DNA of 64,000 nucleotides from Carcharhinus longimanus (taxonomy: Eukaryota): positions 25,665,595 through 25,729,594 of the forward strand of contig JASCQW010000099.1 of the NCBI GenBank assembly GCA_030264375.1, given 5' to 3'. A model generated the notes under the pieces. It was not told where the DNA came from. It did no database searches and was given only the letters and a program-made list of their open reading frames with translations. The first letter of the stretch is position 1. Every line of letters begins with the position of its first letter. A program made the translations under genes and the position numbers. Positions 50,926-64,000 of the stretch are shown here, one piece after another.

Positions 50926-51619
50926 GTTAGTATCAACTTTTACTCTGGTTGCGAGAAGAGCAGAAGTCTGTTGTGAAAGAAGGGAGGTTTTAATTTCTTG
51001 TGCAGCTGTGTTGTTGACTAGTCACTTTCGCTTTTGATCCTCTTCTCCTGGAGGTTTTGAGTTGCTTAGATAGAGATGCATAATGTACCAGTAACCCACC
51101 TGGGCATTGAATATTGATTAATCACCAGCAGGCCCAATTTTGTTTTACTCATGTAAGCATACTAACCAGCAGTAGGTCACCAGATAATTAGTGGTGGAAG
51201 ACCTGGCTTATTTATATCCCCAGCCACCCACTAGACCAAACCAACTAACTCACTGCTGGCAATATTGTTTACACTCCTTAATAACTTTGTTTCTGCTGCA
51301 TGTAAACTAACTATTGGAGAATTGCAATAGGAGTAAAAAAACCAAAGATCTCAAACCAATACCAAAACATTCAGCCAAGCATTTAGGATATTGAGGAATA
51401 TTGTAGACTGATGGTCTGAAAATAACTTTTTTAGCTGAGGCAATCAAAGAATTGAAATAGCACCTCTCCTTTGTTTATTTTCAAAAGGTTTTGACATTCA
51501 GCGCAAATAAATTGGACCTCTTATGACTAATGCCATTTTAGTTCTTCATATTTGAGGTTCTGTTCGGAAAGGAAATTTGAATTGCGAACTCTTTTGAATC
51601 TGGATCGTGCTGCTGACTC

Positions 51620-52230
51620 GATCCATATCATCACCAAGATAACCTGCTTCAATCTCCCTAACATCATCTGTCTTGGACCCTGCTGAAGCCCTCAATTGTG
51701 CCTTTGTTACCTCTGGACTGTAGTATCCTGGGGGCTTTCCTGGGTGCCCGGCCTTGGTGTATCATCTTTAAATTTAAACTCAGCCAAAACACTGCTAACC
51801 CTATCCAAATTCACATCAAATCCCGTTCACCCATCACTGCTGAGGGACGTTGGCTGCCAGCAGTGACGTAATTCTCAATTCCTTTTTTACTCAAATTCCT
51901 CCATAGTTCTCCTCTCCCTATCTAGCCCTGTATCCTTCCACCAGTCGCACAACTCTGAGGTTTCTGTGTTCGCCAATTTTGAATGTTCATGCAAAATTCA
52001 GTGCTCTGCTGTTCTTCAGTGCCATGTGTTCAGATGTCTGGCCCCTGAAATGTGGAATTTATTCCCCTAAACCTTGCCACCATTCTACTTCTCTATGCTT
52101 CTTTAAGAGACCCTTTAAAACCTATCTCTTTCACTAAACATTGAGTAATCTGCCCTTGTGTTTTATTATGTGACTGTTAAATGTTGTCTAATAATGCTTC
52201 TGAGAGTTGTGAATGCAAGTTGTTTTTGAG
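51620..52230 (+). mobile_element. Decayed L2-like 3' fragment
   Basis: Similar to 12180-12620 and 11090-11480 (gcctttgttacctctggact...ctttaaaacctatctcttt). Confidence 0.55.
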
Positions 52231-52358
52231 AGGCATAGCTAAAGTTAATAAAGCGTAGCTACAAAGGTGCTGTGGCATACAAATATCTTCAGGACGTTGT
52301 CTTTTCCCCACCTGCGTGTCTCGCCGCTGAGCTAATATTTGCACTATGCTATCCACAG

Positions 52359-52526
52359 AATCCGATTCCAAGTTTTGAGCTGCCCATGAATTTGATAGAC
52401 TGGTTTCCTCAGCAGCAAGTTAAAAAGAAACGAGAAGAAATACGCAATGTAATTCTTAAACTGTGTGAAACACAAAGCAAAGGGAAGAAAGGGCAGGAAC
52501 ACAAAGCAACAGAGGCACCTTCATGA
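52359..52526 (+). CDS. SENP6: SENP6 terminal coding exon: [17 protein letters not shown]...[12 protein letters not shown]...TEAPS*
   Basis: ccacag| acceptor, TGA at 52524-52526; [14 protein letters not shown] and KREEIRN.ILKL match SENP6. Confidence 0.96.
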   Translation, partial: NPIPSFELPMNLIDWFPQQQVKKKREEIRNVILKLCETQSKGKKGQEHKATEAPS

Positions 52527-54333
52527 ACAATGCCCGACCAAGACAGACCCTGACGGAAGATAACTCTTTTCGGTTACAGAATATTGTTGCACTAACACAG
52601 AAATGACTTTGATTTGTTCTAGTGTAGGCTTCCACAGAAGAATGAATTCTCAGTGTGCTCTTGATCTTTTAGGACATTGTTTGATGCACACGTCTTCATT
52701 TTACAGCCACCCAAATGAATGTTCATGTGCTGTTATAAATATAACAAACTGTACATATGTTCATAAACAGATTTTGCAGCATTTGTGATCAATTTTCACT
52801 GTTTGAGTTAGTAAGCATTTTGGTATGTATTTTTGTTAAAGGTAGTTGGATAGCTACTTACAAGTATGATTAAAAGTTATTGTAGTATTAAATGGACTGG
52901 GCAAATTTATTTTTTATTTTTCTTGCTGAGTTTCTTGATACATTTTCTTCCCCTCTTCACGTGAATTAGTTCACTCATTGTTCAAGCTTGGCTCCAAGGT
53001 GTCCTGAAGTACGTTGTGAGAGTAGCCATTAATCATGGCCCTTGACACTGTATGTTGGCAGCCTAACCCTCCAGGGGAGTGCCCAATCCTCCTCTTAGCG
53101 AAATGTCCATCCAGGTGTACTTCCAACAAAGGTCACTCAGCAGCAGGAATCCTTCAGCCTAAGAGTGCTGAGGCCTATTTGAGCCTGGCCCGAGGTCAGC
53201 TAATTCAAGAGTAGGGCATCAAACTTTGCTGAACTGCAGGCACAATGAATAAATTTGAGCCAGTTTTTAAATAGGTGCACAAACTGGTGTATGTCACCAG
53301 CCATCTTTTGAAAGCACTTATTGCACATTGGGTACAATTCAGCTATTGGGAGAAGCCAATCTGGAAGTTGTCAGATTTGAAGCTCTTGTATAAACAAACC
53401 TCACTTAAAGGAGGCACCTGTGAGACTGTAACCCAGCCAGTTCCAATGGGACTGGGAGGCAAGAAAATTGATATGTATGGGGAAGGTACAGATTTAAAGC
53501 AAGCAAGTGCCTTCAAAAAAAATAGTCTCTTGGATAACTGGTGTATAGTTACACAATCCCAGAATTTGTTGCTAATCAATTTGCAATCAAATCAGATTGT
53601 ACTTGGTGTTCTCCTTAGTACGAGTTAGATGATGAAGGATTGAATTGAAGTGCCCCATGGAATTGTCATATCCAATCAAACTATCACTGAAACCAATTCT
53701 GGATGCCTTCTGCAAAAGCTGTCCACGTAGTGTTGGTTTTTACTGCTTAGTTGCATTAAAACTGTCTATATTCAAAGGTTTGCTTAATCTAAATCATATT
53801 TGGAACTCGACTGAATATTTTGAGGAATTTATTTCTCCTCTGCAATAATACCTCAGCATATTTATGCACATCTGTATATTAGTAATTGCCATCATTAAAA
53901 CAAGAATGTTTGTGCTGATTTTCTGTAATTCTGGTTTTAGATTGTAATCTGTGTACTAATTTGTGGAGCATGCCTATGCTTTATATTTCGTTTTTCTGCT
54001 GCTACGACCAGAGATGCCTCTGAAATACACTATTTAAACTGCAAAAATGGTACTGAATAAGAAAATGGTTAAGGCATTGAGCTGTTCACACAGTGATAAC
54101 ACAATTCTGTGATGCTACTTCACATGTTTTGATGTAAGCTATCCTTTCATCTTATTCCCCTCTTTAAAAAAAGAGAGCTTGGAATGGAATTGAGAGGATT
54201 TTTTTTTAAGAGTAATCAAATGACTGCTGTATGTATGGTGTATGGCATTAGTGTTCGGTCTCAGCTGGGAGATGCTGGTCTACCAACTTTAGGCCTCATC
54301 AGTCATAAGCGATAGGGAGGGAGAAACAATAAA
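52527..54333 (+). other. SENP6: Probable SENP6 3' UTR (end uncertain)
   Basis: AU-rich, repeat-poor sequence after the stop; candidate poly(A) signals AATAAA 53248-53253, ATTAAA 53894-53899, AATAAA 54328-54333 (another at 55603-55608). The site used cannot be determined from sequence. Confidence 0.45.
53020..53265 (-). mobile_element. Ancient tRNA-derived SINE remnant within the putative 3' UTR
   Basis: GC-richer island with gaggcctatt...gaggtcagctaattca..gggcatcaaac resembling the reverse complement of old gnathostome SINEs; a weakly similar stretch at ~51080-51260. Family assignment is from recall only. Confidence 0.4.
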
Positions 54334-55871
54334 CTGAAGTTGCCCTTAAGTTTAATGGTCCGGTGACAGACCCAATCCAGACTTGCAATTGAAGACTGAT
54401 CACGTCACGCAGCTATTGTAAGGAGCCATCCATGCACAGATATGATTTCCCACCTTTGGCAGAGGGGGGAGGAAATTGCAAGACTCAATACCATGTAGAT
54501 CAGACACTTCAGGCAAACTGCAATATGAATTGCTCTATGCTGCAATAGTATTTACATGCTTTCCCTTCAGTAAAATTGGAAAACTGACTACATGGGAGCA
54601 AATAATATTTTTCCTACTGTGTATTAAAATATTTGTTAATAGTCCAATGAGTGGATTCTCTTTATTCCAATGTTTTGACATAACTTAAAGTAAGCTAACA
54701 TTTCTGTCAATTGTTTTTGATATTTTTGACCTTGCGCTGAGTGCTCAATTTCCTTTTCTATGACATGTTTTTGAGACATGTCATTACCTTTTCTGATGTA
54801 AACTGATTGCTGCCCTATCTTTCCAGTAGATGAAATTGTGCAAATCGGGGATTGAACTGGAAATTGTTCCAGCAGGCATTTCCTTACTAAACCATTCTTC
54901 CCATTATCAGGTTCTAAGGATAGAACACAAGTGATGATAGTGAGACCAAGTATTATTTTGCAATGACAGTGTGCTTGCAACTTTTCCTTGATTCTGGTAG
55001 CATTTGCCCTCCGAACTAGTTGAGGGGCTAGTGTATACAGAACTGTACCTCTGCGCCCCAGGGGCAATTGAGGTGGCACAGCCATTAACACAGTTACCCA
55101 ACTGGAATAATGTATAGATTGTGTCAGCAGTGCTCCATCTTCCCACATGTTTTGCCCACTATAGCATTGGAACTTTTCTTTCCAAAAGGAGTTACTGCCC
55201 CTTTAGTCTTCAAAGATTTGGTGAACTTGGAAAGGTCTGTAACTGATTGTGTGAGCTGTACGATGTCAGTTGTTATTGACACACTCCAACTGGAGAGTGC
55301 CAATATACTGGTTGAATTTATTTTACATTCTCACCACTAAGCAGGAACAAAATCTTTCAAGTTGGGGCTGAAGATTATTCCAGTTGATCTATGATTAACT
55401 CGTGAGCATGTTAGTCTCAGGAAAGTTACTGGACAGCACCTATCAAGGTGGTGGTTGGAATAATTTTCATTAAAACATTATTTGTCAACTAATGAATATT
55501 CTCTTTTTGCAGGTGAGTTCTTGATGCTATGTCATTTTTTTTAGGGCCATCTCTTCCTGTTTGAAAGTCAGTCAATTTCCTGTATTACCTAGAAGATGTT
55601 TGAATAAAGAAAGCTAGGTAATTTACCTTGATATTATCCCTGTCCATCAGCTAGTAGAATCATCCATATGCCCCAAAATTATTTCCCTTATTTCTGCCAG
55701 CTCTGGGAGAAGTGAAAAGGGCAGATAAAATGTTGACTAGATTTGGGAGGGAAAGCAAGTGGGAAATTCTCCCCTTACCCTAGATAATCAAGACTAATTC
55801 AAGAAATCACTTGATTCATTATTTAGCCCTATTCACCCATTCACTATTATGATGTTCCCCGCCCCCATTTT

Positions 55872-58045
55872 CATTTGATTTGATTTATTATCATCACATG
55901 TATTAGTATACAGTGAAAAGTATTGTTTCTTGCGCGCTGTACAGACAAAGCATACCATACGTAGGTTGTTGGTGATCTGGACTCTAGAAACTTGAATNNN
56001 NNNNNNNNNNNNNNNNNNNNNNNNNNNNNNNNNNNNNNNNNNNNNNNNNNNNNNNNNNNNNNNNNNNNNNNNNNNNNNNNNNNNNNNNNNNNNNNNNCTG
56101 TACAGACAAAGCATACCATACGTAGGTTGTTGGTGATCTGGACTCTAGAAACTTGAATCTTGCGACCATTTCCTCTTTGTTCCCATTGATGCAGAAAGGG
56201 GAATGTTCTCCACTGTTTGCTGAAGTCAATGACTATCTCCTTTGTTTTGTTGACATTGAGAGAGAGGTTATTGTCATTGCACCAGTTCACCAGATTCTCT
56301 GCCTCTTTCCTGTACTCCGTCTCATCATTGTTTGGGATCTGACCCACTACGGTGGTGTCATCAGCAAACTTGAAAATCGAGTTGGAGGGGAATTTGGCCA
56401 CGCAGTCTTAGGTGTATAAGGAGTATAGTAAGGGGCTGAGGATACAGCCTTTTGGGGCACCAGTGCTGAGGATGTTCATGGAAGAAATGTTGTTGCCTAT
56501 CCTTTTTATTGTGGCCCGCGAGTTAGGAAATCTAGGATCCAGTTGCAGACGGAGGAGCCAAGCCCCAGGCTATGGAGTTTGGAGATGAGTTTCGTAGGAA
56601 AAATGGTGTTNNNNNNNNNNNNNNNNNNNNNNNNNNNNNNNNNNNNNNNNNNNNNNNNNNNNNNNNNNNNNNNNNNNNNNNNNNNNNNNNNNNNNNNNNN
56701 NNNNNNNNNNCAAGCCCCAGGCTATGGAGTTTGGAGATGAGTTTCGTAGGAAAAATGGTGTTGAAGGCTGAGCTGCAGTCGATAAATAGGAGTCTGACCT
56801 AGGTGTCTTTGTTACCTAGTTGTTCCAAGGTTGAGTGTAGAGCCTGGGAGATGTTGTTTGTTGTGTGAACCTGTTGCAGCAATAGGCAAACTAGTGGATC
56901 CAGACAATCTGGGAGGTCGGAATTGATTTGTGCCATGACTTAACCTTTTGAAGCATTTCATAATGATAGATGTCAGAGCCACCGGACGACAGTCATTAAG
57001 GCATGCTGCATGGCTTTTCATCTTGAAGCAGATAGGGACCTCACATTGTGTAAAGAGAGGTTGAAGATGTCTGCGAATATCCCGCCAGCTGGTCAGCGCA
57101 GGATCTGAGTCGTTGTCCAGGTACCCCATCTGGACTAGTCGCTTTCTGTGGATTGACTTTCAAAAAGGCTGCTCTGCAATGGTGACCTCGGATAAAGGTT
57201 CATCCAAAGCTTGCAGGGCTCTTGCTGACCTCTTGCTCACAATGGGCATAGAATGCATTGAGCTCATTGGGGAAGGGTGCATTAATGCTGGTGATTTTAC
57301 ATGTCTTCATCCTATAGCCTTTTATGTGTTGCAGAGCTTACCATAGTTGGTGGGAATCTGTGTGGCTAGCCTGGGACCTAGCTTGATCTTGTACTGTCTT
57401 TTGGTATCTTTGTTAGATATCCATAGATCATATCTGGCTTTCTTGTATAGGTCAGAGTTGTCTGACTTGAATGCCTCAGACCTGGACCTCAGCAAGCAGT
57501 GGATATCCCTGTTCATCCATGGTTTCTAGTTGGGAAACACAGATTTGCCTGTTTGGCACACAATCCTCTCCACACTTACAAATGAAGTTAGTTACTGTAG
57601 AGGTGTACTCATTCAGGTTGGCTGCAGAGTTTTTAAATATTGACCAGTCTACTGACTTGAAGCAGTCCCATAGGTGGTCACCAGATTCTTCAGAACAAAA
57701 TTGCACGACTTTAACAGATTCTCTCATTTTGCTTGTACACTGGGAGCAAGAGTACAGCCTTGTGGTCCATTTTGACGAAGTGTGGGCTCGTGATGGAGTG
57801 GTGGGCCTGTTTGATGTTTGTGTAGCAGCTGTATGGAATGTTTGGGCCTCTGGTGGAACAGGAGATGTATTGGTGGTATCTTGGAAGTATGCTCTTGAGC
57901 TTGGCCTGATTGAAGTCCCGGACCACAATGAGCAAGGCCTCAGGATGTTTCGTCTCGAGGCTATTTGTGATGGTGCGTATTTCGTCCAGCATCATCTGTA
58001 TGGGATAAGGTGTAAACTGATGTCAGGGTAATAGAGGTGAACGCC
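55872..58045 (-). mobile_element. Rex1/Babar-type LINE, fragmented ORF2 (endonuclease + RT)
   Basis: FKFADDTTVVGQI.NNDETEYRKE..NLV.WC.DNNLSLNVNKTKEIVIDF; ACLNDCRPVALTSIIMKCF; HPEALLIVV.DFNQAKLK; frameshifted, with two N-gaps. Confidence 0.92.
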
Positions 58046-59209
58046 ACGGACCTTTTATCCTCTGGTTAGTAACTTATTCAAACCCCTTGCCTGGTTGTTA
58101 CATTAGTATTGTCTTTTTAAACTAGAATGTTTAACAGAGCATAGTCTCTTTGCTGAAGCATACCAGATTCACAAGAATGAAATAGCTCATCAGTTGTCTT
58201 GAACCACTGTAAATACTGCATTATAAAGTGGGCGAGTGAGGGCATTCCACAGTCCCAGTGGAAATTTCTTGCATAGAACTTGCAGCACAGAAATGACCCT
58301 GTTGGCCTAAGGTTTATGATGGTGTTTATGACCCACCTGAGCAATCTTCCAACTTGATTCATATAATCCCATTGGTATAACATGTAACATATTCCTTTCT
58401 GTCTTGAATTTATCTAACTGCCTCTTAAACCTACCTTAGTGAACTAATCTCTGCTGCACTTTGTCATGAGATTACAGCTACTGACCACAATCAAAGGGGA
58501 AAAATTGGACAGGTTGTACCCAGCAAATTGAATTTGTGAACTGCCTGATGTGCAGCAAGGGTGATACCAGCAGTGACCTAGAAGCAGGCTGTCTCCCCAC
58601 TCCTCAGATTCAGAAGATGTATCACTTTTTAGGAGAAAGAAAAGGGATGAAGAAAGAGAATGTGCCTGCCCAAGTAGGTGGGAAGATTATTACCAATTGC
58701 ACAGTATTCACATGTTCTTACCTACAAGCAGCTAGGTTTTAATGTCGAGCTTAAAGCAGAAAATGCTGGAAATGTTCAGATCAGGCAGTGCTTGTGGGGA
58801 GAGGTAACAGATTTCCGACATTCACAGTAATACATTATATTCTAATGTAGGTTGAGTTAAGCCCCCATTTATTTTTTCGAGATTCTCACCTAGAGATGCA
58901 AGGTTTTAAATTACCTGATTCTTAATGAGCTTCATGTAAATATGAATATTCAGGGATGTACGAAATTTCTGACAAACTCATTGCATTGCAGTAGCTTTAC
59001 TTATAAGATTCTTAAAATTATGATCTCAAGCTTTATTTCAAGCTTTAAGTTATGTTTGCACTATTTCACCCCTTGTTTTCGTTTTAGCCTGATTAATTAT
59101 ATTGCTTACAAATAAAGCAGCATCGTTAAAAAGGAAAATACTCTGGGTGCTGGAAATTTGAAATAAAACAGAAAATACCTGACAGATCTGACAGCATCGC
59201 TGTCATTTA

Positions 59210-61800
59210 TAGTGTCGATGGAGGCCTTTCAGCCCTTTGATTCCATGCCTGCCCTTGGAGCAATCCGGTCAGTCTCACTTGCCCCACTCAATCCCTATTG
59301 TCCTGCAAGTTTATGTCCATCAAGTGTCTATCTAATTTTCTTTTGAAATCATAGATTGTTCACACTTCCACGACCATGGTGGACAGAAGGTCAAGGTCAT
59401 TATCACTTGCCGTGTAAAAAAAAAGTTCTTCATGTTCCCCTGCGTTGGTCTCGCCCAAAATGTTAAATGTGCCANNNNNNNNNNNNNNNNNNNCTCCTGC
59501 TGCCATCAGATAATGGGAAGAGTTTTCTTCATCTGCTTTGTGTAAACCTGTTATAATCTGGTACAGCTCTATCAAATCTCTCCTCCATCTTTTGGTCAAG
59601 AACAAGAACCTCAACTTCTCCAATCAAACCTTATAACTAAAACCCCCATTCCTGGAACCGTCCTCTACACCCCCTCAAAACTTTCCTAAAGTGTAGTGAC
59701 CAAAACTGAATGTAATACTGTAGTTGGGACCTAACCTGAGCTTCCCAAAGTTTCATCATTACTCCCTGTTTGTGTATGTGATATCTCTGATCATTAAGTT
59801 CAAGATCCCATATGATTTGCTAACTGCTCTCGCAGTATGTCCTGTGACCTTCAAGGTTTGATCATATGCACCTCCAAGTCTCTTTGTTCCTGCATACTTT
59901 AGAATTACATCATTACGTCAATTTTGCCTCTCCTAATCTCTTCTACCAAAATGTATCATCTCACATGTCTCCATGTTAAATTCCATCTGCTACTTTTCTG
60001 CCTATCAATGGCCTGATGCAAATGATTTCTACCATCTCAAAGTTTGCCATGCCAACTTTGGTATCATCGACAAATTTTGAAATTTTACTCCATACTCCAA
60101 GATGCACGTCATTCATAGTTAGCAAAGGAAAGCCGTAGTCCTAGCATTGACCCTTGGGAACACCATAGCATATGACAGGCCAATCTGAAAAGCAGCCATC
60201 TACCATGACTTTCATTACTTTCTGTCCTCGAGCCAATTTTTAAAAATCAAATTGGACACTGACTCTAATTCCATAAGCCTTAATTTTGTGCATTAGCCTT
60301 TTCCATGGTACCTTGTCGAATACTTTGTAAAATCCATAAATGACTTTGTGTTCTCTTCATCAACCTTCTCTGTTGATTCAAAAAATTCAATTAGAGTAGT
60401 TGAGCACAATCTGCCTTTTAACAAATCCAGGCTGGACCTCCTTAATTTACTCAAACCATTCAAACTGCCTGTTGATTTTTTTGTCCCCCCAAGTACAGAT
60501 TTCATAAGCCACTATTGATGTTAAACGACTGGCCTGTAGTTACTTGGCCGGTCCTTGCACTTTTTCTTGATAAGGATGTCACATTTTCCACTCCTCAGAC
60601 CTTTGGCACTCTCCAGTATCCAAGGAACATTGAAAAGATTAAGGTAAGCCTTACCATTGTCTCCTCCCTCACTTTCTTCAGCGATCTGTGATATGGTCCA
60701 CTCAGACCAGATTACTTATCTACCCTGAGTAAAGCGAGCCTTTCCGGCATCACCTCCCTTTCAATTTTCACATCAATTGCCTCAACTCTCTCAATATTTT
60801 TTGTCATATTCCTCTTATTTCATAAATGCAGAACAAAGAACTCAAGTATTCTAAGTCTTCTGGCCTTTCTCTGTGCCCTAAACGTATCTTTCCTCCTTTG
60901 TCCTGAATAGGATGCACTCATTATTTACATGCTAGTTTTTGGATTCTCTTTTATGTTGAATGTCATTCTATTCTCATACTCTCTCTTTGCCAGTCTCACT
61001 TTCCTCTTTACCTTTCCTCTTAATCTATTTGACCTGGTTTTCACTTGAAGAATTTGTCTGATCTGCATCATAGAATAGAGTCATAGAATAGAGTCATAGA
61101 ATCCATACAGTGCAGAAGGAGGCCATTCAGCCTATCGAGTCTGCACCAACCACATTCCCACCCAGACTCTATTTCTGTAACCCCACACACTTACTGTGCT
61201 AATCCCCCTGACAGGGTCAATTTGGCATGGCCAATCAACCTAACCTGCACATCTTTGGACTATGGGAGGAAAGCTGAGCACCTGGAGGAAACCCACGCAG
61301 ACATAGGGAGAACATGCAAACTCCACACAGACGGTGAGCCACACTGGGAATCGAACTTGAGGCCCTGGTGCTGTGATGCAGCGGTGCTAATCACTGTGCT
61401 GCCCTTTTTGTTTCATCATATTCTTTGTCGCCCTCATCATCCAAAAAACACTTGTCTCCTTTTAGCCTTTCTTGAAATGTATCTGAAGAATCTCTTCCTT
61501 TAAAGCTCATCTTTTGTCCTGTTACAGTTTTTCCTGTCAATCTCTTCTTCCACTTTACCCTTGCTAAATCTCTTCTCATCACTTTGAAATTAGCCCTCTT
61601 CCAATTTAGTTCCATGTTAGATTGTTCAGTGATCTTCATCACTTGTCTAAACCTTTATAATATTATGATAATTTTTACCTAAATGTTCTACCACAGACAC
61701 TTGGACCATTTTTCCCACTTTGTTTCCCAGTACCAGATCCAGTAATGCTTCCATTCTTATTGAGCTGAGACCATGCTGTTCAAACAGGTTTTCTTGAACT
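59210..61800 (-). mobile_element. Long decayed CR1 LINE, interrupted by the HE1 SINE at 61068-61404
   Basis: Minus ORF remnants RRDLIELYQII, KGRLCSTTLIEFFE..KVDE, LNWKRANFKVMRRDLARVKW in colinear CR1 order. Confidence 0.8.
61068..61404 (-). mobile_element. HE1-type SINE with duplicated (tcatagaatagag) tail unit
   Basis: Shared head, core and tail. Confidence 0.88.
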
Positions 61801-62979
61801 CAGTTCATCCCCTTCTTTTCCTTTTACTCTGACAGTATTCTGATTGTTCTGTAGAAGGGTTATTTGTATGTGAAACATTAACTCTATTTCTCTCCACATG
61901 CTGCGAGACCTGAGTTTATCCAGCATTTTCTGTTTTTATTACCCTAATTGATATTAGCTAATAAGTCCCCCAGTAACATTCTATAATTCTTGTAGCTCTC
62001 TGATTTTCTCCTTCTTCCTATTTCTACTGCCGCTAGCATGTGGCATTGGCATGTAATGACAGGGCATCCACAAGTTATCCTCTACGTGAAACTGTAATCC
62101 TGCTATAGCGCTTAGTAAAGTAGTTTATTTATTAGTCACAAGTAAGGCTTACATGAACACTGCAATGAACTAACTGTGAAATTCTTCAAATGCAACAGGA
62201 AATTGCCTGCCCCTTTTCCATGTAAAAACAACAAATTAGATTTACATAAACAAAATATGAAGCCAAATCATACATGGAGATATTGGGTCAAAGAGCCAAA
62301 CATGTAGTGAAAGAGATATGTTTTAAGAGAGTGTCTTAAACAAGAAAAGCTAAGTAGCGAGGTTTTTGGAGGGAGTTCCCAACTTGGGGCCTAGACAACT
62401 AAAGGTACAACCACCCGTCGTTACTGGTTGACGCAGGATGGGCCAACATGGGCAACAAGTGCCACAGATAAGATCACTTCAAAAGGCAGCTGAACCTGCA
62501 GAGAGATGAGGCCCAGATGCCTCCTTTAACAACATAATCAAGAGTCAACCTAGTAAGAAATCTGGCATAGATTTAGGTCATTGTTAATTTCTTGAGGCAA
62601 GCACCTTCCAGCAAATGGAACGTAGGTTTTCTTCTTCCAACTACAAATTAGCTATGGTTAAGAGAGGAGTTCAGATGCTTGATAAGTCTGCTCTCCTCAA
62701 ATCATGCCTGGGCAATTCAACAAACTAATGGAAAAGCCACTTTATCCTTTATGATCACTCGTGCAAAAAGGAAACAATGCAGGAGGAAAGAGCCTATGGT
62801 TCAACTGGCATAGAGGAAGGGCACTATACATTGTCTGTGACATTGGGGTAAATCATCTTATTAGTCAGTCACCACCTGTCTCAAGCAGGATGACTCCAAC
62901 CAGAAAGTTGCTGACCCATCAATATCTACCTTTCTCTCTGGATACGGGAGGATGCAGAGAGTGAGAACCCAACAAGCAA

Positions 62980-64000
62980 AGAAAAGGAGAAATTTTCTAA
63001 CTTGGAAGCTTGAACATATACAGTGGCTGCAGGCAAGAGGACACTGACCTTGAGTTGCACAAGTTTGATGCCAACATTGTTGCTCAGCAGGAAACAAGAC
63101 TAGATGACATAGACTACATGCATGAGGCTAGCAGTGTCTTCTGCTGGCATAGCAAGAGCACAAGAGACCATGAACACTGTGGTCAGTAATAGATTGATTA
63201 GTTAATTGAGTCACCAGTAGCAACCTCTGAACTCATCTTTCTGCATCTGTCATCTGACACAGATCTTGTCAACATCATCTGCACTTCTGCAGCATATTGA
63301 ATGCTAATGGCTGAGATAAAGATTAATCCTATGAGTCTACATGACATCCTAGAGCACAATCCCAATGATGAGAAGCTATTCATCCGAAGTGATTTCAATG
63401 TATAGATTGGGTCAGCCAGATGTGCCTTGGTCACCATGGCGTGAGCAAAATTAATAACTGATAATGACTTTGAGAGCTGTGTGCCCAGGATGAACTTTGC
63501 ATCATTAACATTTTTTTCAGGGCAAACGTTGCTCCAGGTACCATGGCATCATCCAGATCTGGCTGTATGCACCTTATCTTGACCAGAGGATGCGATTTGC
63601 TTGACATTCTCCATTCCCACTGACTGTAACACTGACCACATTCTTGTCAGCAAAACAGCGTAGGTGCAACCCCAAAGGTTTCACAGCTTCAAACATGACA
63701 GCCTGCCATGCATCAAAATCCCTGATATAAATGATTCCAGATAGTAGCAGTCGACATTGGTATTTCTGGTAAGCCTTTAGCACCAATGTTGATATTAATA
63801 ACGCTTGCAAGTTACTGAGTTCAGTCATCTGTGATACAGCAGCAGCATACTTATTGAAGGCAGAGCACAAGTTTGAGACAAGTTTGAGACCTACTCAGCA
63901 GAGAATTCAGGGAGTGGAGCCTATTCCTGCTGGAGAGGCTAGTAGCAAAGTACTGAACAGGCCACTGCACATTCAACAATTTGTCAACACTGAGTGTGGT
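62980..64000 (+). mobile_element. Decayed RTE-clade LINE, AP-endonuclease region
   Basis: Fragmented motifs LGS*NI, QETRL, DFNV.IG, LGHHGV.K, LCIINIFFQ, WHHP.S in RTE order. Confidence 0.65.

Noticed and set aside
54636-55148. 170-aa minus-strand ORF, and a GTGATGA box at 54931
   Set aside because: No domain similarity or splice context; no matching D box for a snoRNA.
1-64000. Prokaryotic-type systems (CRISPR arrays, operons, tRNA/rRNA genes) and the remaining short ORFs in the track
   Set aside because: Sequence is a spliced vertebrate locus; no regularly spaced repeat-spacer array or intact tRNA seen (tRNA-like boxes belong to SINE heads); other ORFs are repeat-derived or chance.

Overview
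Eukaryotic (vertebrate) genomic DNA, almost certainly an elasmobranch/shark judging by the HE1-type and SacSINE1-type SINEs and the CR1, Rex1/Babar and Penelope-like repeats. The window holds the 3' two-thirds of a plus-strand SENP6 (SUMO-specific protease 6) gene. I traced 15 coding exons by hand (1884-52526). All have canonical GT-AG borders and consistent phases, giving 2210 nt (2 nt + 735 codons + stop), including the complete Ulp1/C48 catalytic domain with the His-Asp-Cys triad. The introns and downstream region are full of decayed retroelements, and several N-gaps have duplicated flanks. The most unusual feature is in the first intron: a ~100-nt module present twice (3938-4038, 4702-4805). 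Its flanks are direct repeats, but its central 25 nt are exact reverse complements of each other, and the pair brackets a strong unannotated 3' splice site followed by an in-frame stop and AATAAA. This is a candidate RNA-structure switch controlling truncation/NMD of SENP6. Other items: a second candidate poison exon, a palindromic Penelope-like insertion with hammerhead-like cores, a solo LTR with target-site duplication, and nested or tail-swapped SINEs. Repeat family names and boundaries come from recall of consensus motifs and are approximate.
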